Made by a program: the position numbers and the translations under genes. From assembly GCF_006345805.1 (NCBI RefSeq), contig NC_042998.1:93868001-93932000 (forward strand): a stretch of DNA of 64,000 nt. The letters are read 5' to 3'. Below the pieces are notes generated by a model, which saw only the letters and a program-made list of their open reading frames with translations, searched no databases and was not told the origin of the DNA. Positions 24,711 to 38,100 of this stretch are shown here, one piece after another. Every line of letters starts with the position of its first letter. The stretch's first letter is position 1. Source of the DNA: Octopus sinensis. Its lineage: Eukaryota.

Positions 24711-25846
24711 GGTTTTAAGTAAATTTTTGCTAATGACAGTGATATGCTAATGGAGATTCAGGTATATCAACCAGTGGACCAGCACCTCAAACTCATCATG
24801 GCTGTGGCTATATTGTAATTGGAACAAATATCAACAAATAACTGAGCAAACTAAACAGAAATACACTGTATACAACTATGATACAGTACTCTCTATAGAA
24901 TTATAGATAATGCTGGAAGAAAGATAGTATTTTCCATATCTAATTCCCTGAAAAACAGCACATGTATAGAACTTTTAAAAAATTGTACAATATTTAACAG
25001 AATATGGAAAGTAGGAAAAAAAAACAACAAAAAACCCAGAATTAACAGTTTGTTTCTCAGTTTTAATTATGTAGGGCTTTTGCCATGAAATCAGATTTTA
25101 CAGGCAAACATACCAGTCAGTCTAAATGAGTTTAAAAAAAAAAATGTTCATTTATTTTATATACAGTCAATCCATTTGAATCCAGGAAAAGTGGTTAGCT
25201 TTTCCAACAAAATCATATAATTGTACATTTACATAAACATGAAGCCCAATATTTTTAAGAATGGAGAGATGGGAAGTTATGACATTCATGCCTGCTCAAG
25301 GCATTAGTGGCAAAACTGGAGTAAAATGGTTACAATTAAGAATCAAAATCAGGTCAAGGACTGCCCACTAGGAGCTTACCTTATGGTGCTTGCTAAATAA
25401 TATAATACAATCATTATTATTATTAATGAAATATTTTATGTACAAGGTGAAAAGTGTGTGTGTGTGTGTGTGTGTATGCGTAATTGAATTAGTGAAACTG
25501 ACTTTTTTTTTTAATACAAAAAAAAATTTCAGCTAAGGAAGCACATTTCCAAAGAAGTAACTACAATATGAAATATATATATATATATACATACACACAC
25601 ACATAGTAGTTTGCTTCACCATAGTGGACAAAGTTTCTCCCACTACAAGCAAAAGTTCAACTCAGAAACAAGGGCTTTAACATAAAGCCACAACGTAGTT
25701 TATTTACAATTTGACAAAAATTCCTTTTTTTTTTCCATTTCCTTTCCTCTGAAAGGAAATTAACCATTACATTCTATACTCTCTCTCTCTCTCTCATACA
25801 TACGTACTTACATACATACATACATACATATACACACACACACACA

Positions 25847-25877
<31 letters not shown>

Positions 25878-28081
25878 AACTATTTTGTACATCAAATTTT
25901 ATTTAGCTTTTCTTATACTATGGTGGTGCCAAAGACTATGGCTGAAACAAGTAAAACTTGGAGGGGTTTAAGTTAAATAAAATGAAAAGATAAATTTGTT
26001 GCATATGCTATTACACTCACCATATATAAGAAACATTTTGCTGGTTTGAAAAAAAAATTAAGAAAGAAAAAAAGAGATCTATAGAGAGAGAAATATTATG
26101 TTTTAAAAGGATCAATATGATGGGAAATCACATTCATATAAAGAGCTTGAATTACTACTCTATACAACATAGAATTGAAAGCAAAATAATGAATTCAAGA
26201 AATATCTTTAACTAAGTGAGAAATTATTTATTTATGAAAAAATGCCTAAGTAGACATGAATTCTCTAAAGTCAAACTTGATTATTTTAGGATAAAATATA
26301 ATATGCATTTGCTACTTCTGCTGACCGGCTTAGAACCTAATAACAAAAAAAAAAAATGTAATGAAATAAACCCCAGTGAAAATGTGAAAGTAGTAGTCAT
26401 GTGTAAGAGAAATTAGAAATGCCTGATATGTAAAGAAAGTGAAAACGTTGACTCCATGTTAAAGCTCTAGTCTTCTTACATGAAAAGATTTTCTTGGAAA
26501 AAAACAATTAAAAAAAAAAATGAAAAAAAGCAATGGAATGGCAAAATGGCATCTAAGTGCCTAACAGTATTTAGCTTTGTTTCTGCAGTTTTGAGTTCAA
26601 TTACCATCAAGGATTGACTACCTTTCATCCCACCCATGTCAACAAATACCAGTCAAAGAATCATCTCAAACTGCTTATCTTTCGTCTGTAGTCTTATGTC
26701 AATATAACAAATCATTACCATCAAGTACAGAAGTCAAAGACATTTACAGTAAGCAATGTCACATATATATCAGTACCATTAATTCATAATCATACAAAAA
26801 TAATAGGCTAACCTTAAAAGTCAACCAAAAATAAAGATTTTTTTTTCTATTATCAAAAGAAAAAAAATCTTTAAAAATTATCTCGCATGCATTTTTTTTT
26901 TCTTTTCTTGAAGATAAAAGTCTGTTAATGAATATAGTGAAAAATTTCAGGTTGCTACAATATATAATGCTGCAACTCTTAAGGTCTATATTTAAGCAGC
27001 TGAAGATGGGCTATTTCTTATTTTTCCTTAAATTTAACTGCTCCTCTCCAACCTTCAAATATTGACTGCAAGTTGTAGATAGACAAAAGTTTCCAGACAG
27101 AATACAACTTAAAGTTATTGAATAAATAAAGCCAATGTTAACCATTATCCAAAATAATACATACATACATGGGTCATAACTTAGCATTTTTGTTATATTT
27201 CTTTTACATTGAAAAGGAATATCATAAAGATAGGGCATTACTATGTACACCTACATACTTCTGTATATACAAACACCAACATACAATTAGCATATATACA
27301 ATTACACACATTTGAATGACTGAACAAATAGCATTTACAAAATACTACAACTGTTTGAAGTCAGACTCGGAAAGACTGAACAGTGGTATTCTATAGAAAA
27401 GTTGAATTTATGGACAACCTCTCACTGATTGTGCAAGGATGCAAGATGAAAATCAAATTAGAAAAATACATTGTGCACCTCCTTGAAAAGACAAAACATT
27501 ATAAAGCCATAATGTGGGGAAAATTAAAGAATCAAATGGAACAGAATACAATACTCTCAGGCAAGGAAAAAAGAAATCGTACATAAGTGTAACATTGACA
27601 CTTCATCAACATAATACTGATTTTTCCATGCTTGTTTGAAATATTTGAGTTAGTACTACACATTTTCCATGTGTAATTAGTAGCTACACATGAAGTAGAA
27701 GGAAAACAATGGCTCCTAAAGCACATTTCAAACAATACTGACATCATGAACGTTTCTAAAACAGACCTTTTCAAAATACATGTATGATACACACAATATG
27801 ATGCTTCACTGTTAGCTTGAACCACATTATTGGCTGCGATTTGTGATTATGTAACTTAAATCTCCTCAACCTAACTGACTGCCATTTGGAATCTTTTCTT
27901 TTTACTATTCCTGCCTATAAATATAATCTTTGCAGCCTTCCCACTGAATTCACTAAGCAAATCTGTGCAGAACAATTAAAAAAAGAGCTTTGTTTGACAA
28001 TTCTACTAAACTTCATAGACCAAAAGTTAATGAATAAAGTAATACATACTAAGAAAATATCTTTCTTTGTTCTTACAGGAG

Positions 28082-28126
<45 letters not shown>

Positions 28127-28474
28127 TAAATGAGAAGAACTAGGATGCTAGCATCTCTTAAAGGATTTATAGGTCCTTGATACAATTATATATTTATATA
28201 ATCTATTTTCAAAAAAGCTGTATGTGAATTCATTAACTTATTGTAGCCCTTTAGTTTGATTAGGAAATGGTTGAGAAAAATTGTTTTAGCCAGCCAAAAA
28301 CTTATGATTATTGTTACGACTAAATCATTTCAAATTCCTTTTGTTTCTGAGCATTGGTTATTTTATCTAGCAAAAATCATAAGAGGCTGACAAGTAATAC
28401 TTGAGAGATTTAAAACAACTAAAAATTTATTCATTATTCCAGATCATATGTCCAACATATTAACTTAAAATTAA

Positions 28475-28685
28475 TCCTTTAGCATTTGAACCAGCCATAT
28501 CCAGCCAAAATATTCTACCTGTTTTGTATTCAAACTGGCCATGTCTTGCCTCTCACACATACCCTTCAGTGCAAAAATAAACAATTATATTGAAATTTTG
28601 AGGCTTCAAGATAATGTATGATTAATTCAAAACAATGTGAATAAATAAGAATTACATTTAACAGAGTAATCTGAATGCTAAAGGG
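28475..28685. mobile_element. piggyBac-type MITE
   Basis: TTAA|TCCTTTAGCATT ... AATGCTAAAGGG|TTAA. Confidence 0.78.
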
Positions 28686-31600
28686 TTAAAATAGCAAATA
28701 CTGAATACACTTAAGCTGATCAATCATTTAAATATTTTCTAATGAAAAGATCAATTAAATAAAATTACGATTTGCTGTTAGAAAGAAAAGAAAATTAAAT
28801 CTGTATCATGGGGTACAGTACTTCAGATGGGTTACATACACTTTATCACACTGTTGCACCTTAAGCAGAAAGTAGCTGTCTCCATATGATAATGCTCAAC
28901 AATTGAAGTCTTTAATTTTATTAATGCTATTCATCACAGAAATGGCAGCATATTGAAATAAAATGGTGACATTTGATAACATGTTTCAGTCTTGTTTCTA
29001 TTACTTTGTATAGAATTACCTATTCTCACAGTACATAACTATTAGGCAGTGAATTGGCAGAATCAAGAGAATATCAGACAAAATACCTTCTGGTATTTAT
29101 CGTACTTGTTTCAGTCATTAGACAGCAGCCATGTTTAGGTACCTTCTTGAAGAATTTTAGTCAAATGAGTTGACTAGAGTACCTATTTAGCTCCAGAACT
29201 TTACATTTTAAATTCAGATCTCGCTTAGGATAACTTTGGTGCCTCCCAACCTCTTCAAGCAAGAGACAACAGTATGGCTGAGAATCCCAAAAGAATCTTC
29301 TAAGTACTAGTTATGTTTTTAAGGGCAGATGTACGTAAATCTCAATATTCCCTTGAATAGCAGCAACCTAAGGTTGTTTGAAAGATAACAGAACAGTGTT
29401 ACAAAAATTCTGTAATTAATGGGATACGTAATTTATCATCAGACCCACTGTAGATTAACTTTTGTTTTTTTCTAATATGAGCAAGTCCTTTCAACAAATT
29501 AAACTTTGGCTGCCAAACTCAACACAAAGTTATAAGCTGACTACATTATCATCATTTAACGTCCATTTCACATGCAATATTTTGATGCAATCTCTGCATA
29601 TTCTTAGGGATTTAAAAAAGAAATGCTATGAGTCTTCAGTTTTCATTAAGATTTTAATTATTTCTGTTATTTCAACAGCAAATGCTACAAAAAAAATAAT
29701 AAAACATATGTCTGGGTTTTTGTTTTAATAGTTACTTTCATAATATAAAGAAAGTTTTCTTACTACAAATGATATAGTTATTTCACTATTTAAGTTGATA
29801 TTAGCTGAAAGAACAAACACGAGAATATGGAAGACATCCAGCCTGTGTCAATAATTTTGGAATACATTTTTCCCAAAACTACATTTTGACATTGTTTTTA
29901 AGTCAACAAACCAGACTGAAACCATACTTGATAATTTCAAAACTACTTAGGTGAAACAGCTTTCACCTAATTTGAAATTCTAGTTTCTCTTCTGAATTAG
30001 AATTCTGGATAAATGTTTGAGAATCAATTCTGATTTATAAGGATGGAAGACAAATCTTTAGAAAATTGATTAATTCTCCAACATCCACAAAACTCATATG
30101 GAGAATAAAATTATTATTCACAAAGTAGTTGATTATTAATTAACAGGAGTCAAAGTCTACACAGCAATTAACAGTTCATATAATTTATTGTTCTTTTGCT
30201 TTCAATTATTGTTTGATAAATAATAAAAACTTTGTTCATAAAGACAGAGCCAAGGAAAGGTGCAGAAATATAATACTATGACAAAATGTTCTGATAAACT
30301 TAATAGGGAAAAAATTTTAATTTGTTCATGATGAAGGGCAAAGTGAGAAAGGAAACTAAAGGGATCTAGACATGTGAAAAAGAAAATAGACAAAATATAT
30401 TTCAAGGAAGGTGAGGAGACGACAAAGATTAAAACAAGGGAAACAATAAAATCTTTAGGTTTTCTAAAAAAATATTTTTAATGTAAAACTTTATATAAAA
30501 ATATTTCAAATAGCAACTCATCTTAGAAATGAAAAATGTCACATGAAATCTGAATTTTTTGTTTAATATTTCAGAAATCAAAATTTTGAATGATTAAAAC
30601 ATTGATAAATAAGCAGGCAATTAATATATTACATTTGCAAATGCAGTTGGAGGTTTTTCTATCTAATTCTGTGAAAAGAATAAGAAGTACATCAAGCAAT
30701 TCATATGTACCATTGAAATAGTTAGGCTATTGATTCAAGACTAAGATTTGATGTCATGATCTGATATTTCATGCTAAAATATTCCCAGCTTAGGATATTA
30801 TGATTGAAGTAATGAATATAAATTTATGTAATATCTATGACCCTTTAGGATTGATGCAGTAGTTAAAAAGAGAAAAGTTAACAGCTAACTATAGAATTTG
30901 GTGACTATAAATTTTATTGAAAAGTAAAATAATTTTTGATGAAATTTATTTAGTATTCTACTAATATGTATACTTAAATTATGATACATAAAGTATATCT
31001 AAATTTAAAAGAATATTGGAAATATAAAAAGAATGAAGCATTAAAAAAATGAAAACATACCCACAATAGGTTGGGAATGCACAACGTAAGTTTCTAGTGT
31101 GGTAGAGAAAATTTTTCAGAACTCTTTTGAAAGGCAAAAGATATCTACTATATCTGTTTAATATCATAAACAGTACAAAATCAATAGACTTTTCCTTAGA
31201 CAATAAATGTCAGAATGAAAATGTCAAACTATTTTGCCTTAACTATTACAATTCCAGCAAAGTTGTAAATTGGGAAGGAGTATATTTGTACAATCAGGAT
31301 TTTCTAGAAAGTTGTTTGGAATGTGATAAGATATTCTTGAAAGGACTAGAAGCTTTAGTATATTTTCCAAGATACAAATGATTGATAATTTATATTCAAT
31401 GGCAAGGACTTCCTAATCTATGGATGATGCACCCTTAGATATTTCACATATATACTTCCTTATAGTGCAGGGCATACTTTCAACACAATCAGAGCCATTC
31501 AGAAAAAAATAAATAAAATCTTTCAAACTCAGAAAAAGAAAAAAAAAAGAAATTATACAAATGAATACTTATTACAGAGGACCACCATTTTATCACTGGG

Positions 31601-31971
31601 CTTTATATATATATATATATATATATAAGTTATCCACCAAGAAGGTTTGGTTTATAGATTCAATCTTTCCAGTATCACATTGAAAGAAAGAAAATTATAA
31701 GCAAACAAGAAAATAAAAGCTGTAACAAGACTTGTCCATTATAATATCGCTGCACTAACTCAAAAGAGTGAGAACAAAGATAAATCTGTAAATCCTTATA
31801 TATACATATGCACATAAGGGTATGCACACATCATGTATACATATATACAAACATACATACAGGTATATATTTTTCCAGTTTAAAAGGATGTTTAAAAGTG
31901 TTTTGTTTTCATCAATTCGTGGTTGTGTTTTTTAGTTTTGTTTTGTTTTTTTTTAGTTCTTTTCAGTCTGC

Positions 31972-32169
31972 TCACACTTGTTCTTCTGAATCAAGATTAT
32001 TGGCACAGTAAAAGTCATTTATGGATTGAATAATTGGTTTCAGAGAATTTATAAATGTTACCATATGATGGTCAAGTATTCGGTCAATATCCTCTTTTGG
32101 GACTGGATAGCTAATAGAATGTAATTGAGCTAGAAACATATCACGAGTTGGAATGGCTCTCATAGCAAC
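31972..32169 (-). CDS. PLEKHA8: PLEKHA8 terminal coding exon
   Basis: aag|[16 protein letters not shown]...[16 protein letters not shown]; resembles the FAPP2 C-terminus. Confidence 0.92.
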   Translation of the reverse strand, partial: VAMRAIPTRDMFLAQLHSISYPVPKEDIDRILDHHMVTFINSLKPIIQSINDFYCANNLDSEEQV

Positions 32170-35100
32170 CTTTATGGAAGATAAAAGCAAAAATCAATTA
32201 ATAAATAAAAATATTTATAATTAAGATTTTACTAGGACAAAACATAACATTGGGAATATAATTTTGCGATTGATATCAAAAAATATTACATTGATACCAT
32301 ACTCTCAATTTATTTTTTCATACAAATTTCATGGTAGAAGAATAATATAAAGTAAAACTTCAGGTATATCACAAAATTTGGAATAATAGCTGGACAAATT
32401 GATAAATTTAAACTCCCTTGAACCTTTTAACATTTAAACTGGTTAGATCTAGTTCAAGTATTCAACTTGTTCTATATTCAAACTGGCCAAGTCTGGCCTC
32501 ACATTTACGTGACAGTGTCTTAAAAATAAACATGTGCAATATCTAGTAGTTGAGAGATAATGCATGATTAATTCAAAACAAAGTGGATAAATAAGCATTA
32601 CATGTAACTAATCAGAATGCTAAAGGATTAAAAATAAATATAGGGAGTGTTTCTATCAAATATTTCTACCCAAACATTATTCTGAACACCTACAGAATAA
32701 ATAGGACAACAAACTGCACATACACATTACAAAATATAGAGATATTAATAGTGTATATTAATAATACACTGTCTATACAATAAATATATTAAGCATGTAT
32801 GGCATATAAAAACACACAAAATACACATGGATATTCAAACTGCATATCATCGTTTTTAACATCCACTTTTCCATCTTGTGTGCATCAGAAGGAACACATT
32901 GAAGCAGATTTTCTATGGCTGGATGCCCTTCCTGTTGCTACATATGCATCTGATAAATTTGGATAAGTGAGTGATGATAATGCTACAATAGATACAATTT
33001 AAAAAAAAAAATTTCTTTCACCAACTGACCAATCAATCTAACTTCCACTGAATTCCTGAGAAACCTTAAAATATGTATGATCACTGTCCCTCTTATTTTG
33101 AGCTAATAAACAAAAAACTAAAGATACTTACATCAAATATGCTACGGGCAAACCTTGTATGGAAAGGTTTCAAGGTTCTATTATAAGCTTCTGTTGTTGC
33201 TTCACTCAAATCAGCCTTGCCATTGTGGATTTCAGATATGAATTCTCGAATAAATTCTAATGCCCTGCAACAGAATATGTCGATTATTTTCCCTGAAGAT
33301 ATAATTCAAATTCCAACAAAGTTGATAGAAGCACCAATATAAAGATGACAACTTATTATAGCAAATTAAACCTTATACTTTCTAGTACTTTACTGCCTTT
33401 ATTACCGCCTTAGCAAAGGCAGAGGTATTGTTTTCAGTCGTGTTTGTTTGTTTATCCATAGACAAGATATCTCAAGAACTGCTGGATGGATTCGAATGAA
33501 ACTTTCAGGGACGTTTGGCCTTGTGGCTGGCACAAACTGATTAGATTTGGGGATCAATCCACTACTGGACAAAGATTCTCGATTATTTTTCTTGTTTTTT
33601 ACCTAATTTTTGAGTGCAGTCAGGTTCATTTTTAGTATTCTTGTTTGTGAGAACAGTGTAGTTTATTTCAGATATTCTCATTTTAAAAATCATCTCTGGC
33701 TAATCATCAAAAGGACGTTGGTGATGCCTTGGCATAGGTTTGTGCTTTGAGCGCTCATTTTCTTTTACTTTCTTTTATCCCCTTCATTAATCTTTCCTTC
33801 TAATGGCATTTAACTACACTGACATTTTATGTCCATTCATCAAAGATGAAATGACAGAATAAAATGATATATATAAGATTATATTATTTAACGACTCTTT
33901 CCATCTAGTAGCAGATGGTGTGAAGGAAATTTTTCTCTCCCTCAAATCACTTCCTACTATCTTTACAAACTTCTGCAACACGTTGGGTAACTGTATTGTT
34001 GACCCTCATAGTTTAGCGTCCACTTTTCCATGCTTGCATGAGTCAAACAGAATTTGTTGAGGTAGATTTTTCTATGGCTGGATACCCTTCCTGTCACCAA
34101 CCCTCACCCGTTTCTAAATAAGGCAATATTTCCACAGTTGAGCATTCTTCTGTGCAAGACTGGAAATGAACAACATCGCTTGTATGATGGTGATGTTCAT
34201 TTACAATTATCACCTTATGTCAAGACAAGGATGCATGCAAAACCACACACCTACATACAACAGGCTTCTTTCAGTTTACATCTTCCAAATCCACTCACAA
34301 TGCTTTGGTTGAACCTGGGCTATAGTAAGAGACACCTGCTCAAGGTTCCATGCCATGGAACTGAACCCTAAACCACATAAGGAAGCAAGCTTCTCAATTA
34401 CACAGCCACACCTGCACCTTGATAATGAATACTGAGAATAGAAGCAGTGCACAATGTATAGAAAGGAAAGGGTAGGCAATAAGACAGGGGTGTTAGCAGA
34501 ATCACTTCATAGGCTGCAAGTGCTGGACATTCATCAATGTTTATAATATAAGCTTCACATCTTAAGAGGAAGATATAGTTTGCTAGACGATATTTTAAAT
34601 TAAAATAATAATAAAATTATTGTATACAATGCTCAGGTGCACCACAACTTGTCAAAAGTGTGTATAAAGCATAGGCATAACTAGTAACACATTCTTTTTA
34701 TTCTGGTTTCAGTCACTGGAGTGCAACAATGGAAGAGTTTTTAGTCAAATCACATCAATTCCAGGACTTATTTTAGTCAGATTTTTACTTTACCTGTAAC
34801 CATTTATTGAAGCACTAAGGTGCACTTAAAATAACTAGTAAAGTTGTGTCAAATACAGATACATATACAGACATGTGTATATATAGATGTAATAGGCTTC
34901 TGCAGTTTCTAAGACTATAGTAGAAGACATTTTGCCCATGATATCAGTAACACCGAATCTGGAATTATGCAGCTACAAAGTACACTTCTTAATCACATAC
35001 CTATAGGTATGTGATTAAGAAGTGTACCTATAGCTTCAATGATAAAAAGGAAACCCACAAAACAGTGTAAAGCAAATAAGGTAATTGAGTTCAATCTCTT

Positions 35101-38100
35101 GATGGTTTAAGTGCATGTTTACTCAAGTAATGTTCAAAATGACAACATTAATTCTATGTCAGTCAAGTAAAATGCTTCAAGCAATATGCAATCATGAAAA
35201 GCAGTGTGATTTTTAATAATATACCTTTTCATCCATAATACAGCAACTGCAACAGAATTTGATAAATGTTGTTCATTGGCTTCTAATTCCCATGTAATCA
35301 TTTTCTGTAATGTTGTAAATTCTGAATTGGTAGCATATTTCTTCTCAATTTTCTGGTTAAAATAAATTATTGAAATATGTCAATAAATAACCACAGAATT
35401 ACTTCATACATGCTGGTATTTTCATTTGAAAATAAGTAATTACCATAAAACAGGAAAATTTTATAATGAATATCTAACAAGTCTGTTATAAAAAACATGT
35501 GAACATGCCTGTTTCTTAACTTTGCACATATCAGACACTGAAAATAAATCTCTCTAACATGTATTGTATGTAGGATTTGTCAATTTCATTTTTTTTACAT
35601 TCAGAAGAAACACAAAGATGCATGTAGGCATAATTCAAAACAACAGGATAAAGAAATAGCTTTAATGAACTTTAATAACTCTTTTTCTAAGTACAAAGAC
35701 AAGTAGTACTTATAACTGTTACAGGATAAAATAGACTGGGAGAAAGAGATGGCTTGAAGAAATTGATATTCAAACTGAATATATGTATATTGATGTGAGC
35801 AAAGAGGGAATTATAATACACTTGCACAAGCAATAAGATAGTGATGTGTTTAGGGTGTAAGACAGTTTTCGTATTGCTAATTCAAAACTGACTAAATTCA
35901 TTTTGATGTTTTTTATTTTAATGTTGCTCTGTCTGTCAATCTCCCTTCCTGCTCTGTTTGCTCCCCTACCTGCCCCAAGGGGCAGATGCTGAACACAGAA
36001 GGAAGAGAGGTGTTAGGAGCTGAGGGCGGGATAGGCATTAGCAAGAGGAGTTATAGGGGAGAGATTCAACAAATTGTATGCAGGGGTATAACAATAAACG
36101 AAATGCTTATAGGGCCGCATTTTTGCACAGCAAAACCAACAAAATTAGTTAAATAAGAATCACCTGAATGTTGCTAGAAAAATCCATTTTCACTGTTGCA
36201 AATGCTGTACTATTCAATTTATCTAGAAAATAAATTAATTTTGTTATTTCAATGTCATGTACAAGTTATAAAATGCTCAACATAAGACAAAATAAAAACA
36301 AATCTGATTTAAATTGAAAGAATTGATTTATCAATTTGTGGAAAAGTCTACTTTGAAATATGGTTGGATTGCTCTTAAAAATAATGAACATTCTATATCA
36401 TACACATTACAGTTGTTAATCTTTTCATGATTTGGTTCTCAGTCAGATTTATTATAAACTTATAAAAAAATAAGCATGACTCACCAAATATAGGTAAAAT
36501 TGATTTACATGAATCAAGGAATGGCTCAACAGGGACTTCACCAGCACTATCAAGAACACATGTTGCAAAGCTTTAAACAGAAAAAATAGTGAAAAGTGAA
36601 TCCCTCTTTTATCCCTATTAAATCTTTTAAGGATAAGTTAAAGCAAAATCCATTATAATATATATGATTGTGTAGTAAACATGGATCTGATCTTTAATCA
36701 TATCATTATTTTTTACTAACCGACTGAGACAATTTCAGAGAGGTGCTCTGTCTGAAACATCAGAGCTTCGTCTCTACAGAGCACACAAATTTATTATATT
36801 TTACAAATTTTATAATCTGTTTGTGCTTGACAGAGGTGAAGAATTTCAGTCATTTAGCCAAAGCTGCAATTTACAATAAATAGTTTATAAATACTACCTA
36901 ATGGTTCAAGGTCTTCTGAATAAGGGTTTTACTATAGTATGAAATATACATTAGGTAAAAATACTTGGAATTTGTAAAAGAAGCTTAGCGCATTATTTAC
37001 ATGTTATATAGCTTTCCCTAACATGAACCCATGCTAGCATGGAAAGCGGATGCTAAATGATGATGATGAAATACATATATATGTATAAATATATATATCC
37101 AAACCTGTGTGTCAAATAAGAAAAGTAAGTATCTGTGGAATTCATTATGACTAAATTTTCATCTGATATGTGATGGGGCCTCAGATCTGACGGTATGGCA
37201 GGCATTATTCTAGTATCAGAACTAAGGGAACGGTAACTGTTGTCTTCACAGCCAGATATTTGACAGTCTGAAGAATCTGAAGTTACACTGTCCATTCTGT
37301 TTGGAGATTTCTTTTGTAAATATTGGTCACTATTTGAGTATTTCATTGATTTATGGTCTTGAATACCATTTTTCATAATTGGTCTGAAATGAAAACAAAA
37401 TGCGTAGCTTAGCTTTGTAAGTAAAATAAATTTTTTAAAAATATTATTTCAGAAATCCTACAAGCTTCATACTTCCACAGCATTTTCTTACAACAGTCTC
37501 TCATTGCCAGCAATTTGCATCCATATTAAAACACTGGAATCTGGTTATAATATTCCAATCAATATTATATTATTAGTTATAAATAAGAGTATAATTTTAT
37601 AATTAATTAAATCTATTATACTTGAAGGCAAAAAAATCTAAAATATGTTCACAAATAATAATTTAGAACTGTTTGAAGTTCCTAATAATTTCTATTTTAA
37701 TCATAATGGTTTCAAATTTTGGCAGAAGGCCAGCAATTTTAAAAGTGAATGATTGACTCCAGTGCTCGACTAGTACTTATTTTAGCCACCGCAAATGGAT
37801 GAAAGGCAAAGTCAACCATGGTGGCATTTGAACTCAAAATGTAAAGAGCCTGAGGAAATGCCTCTAAGCGCAATTTTCGCAGCATGCTACTGTCATAAAA
37901 ATCACAGCTATCATAACCTCTATTTTTCCATGTTAGAATGAGTTGAACAGATCTGTCACACAGGATGTTTCCATTCATCTCAATCTTTGGCCATATCATT
38001 TGTGAAGACAAGTATCACAATATTTGACTTCACTTCTTTTCCCTCCCCATCATGAATACTCTGTACCAACAACACTCAATACTCTTTCACTCAGTTTTAT

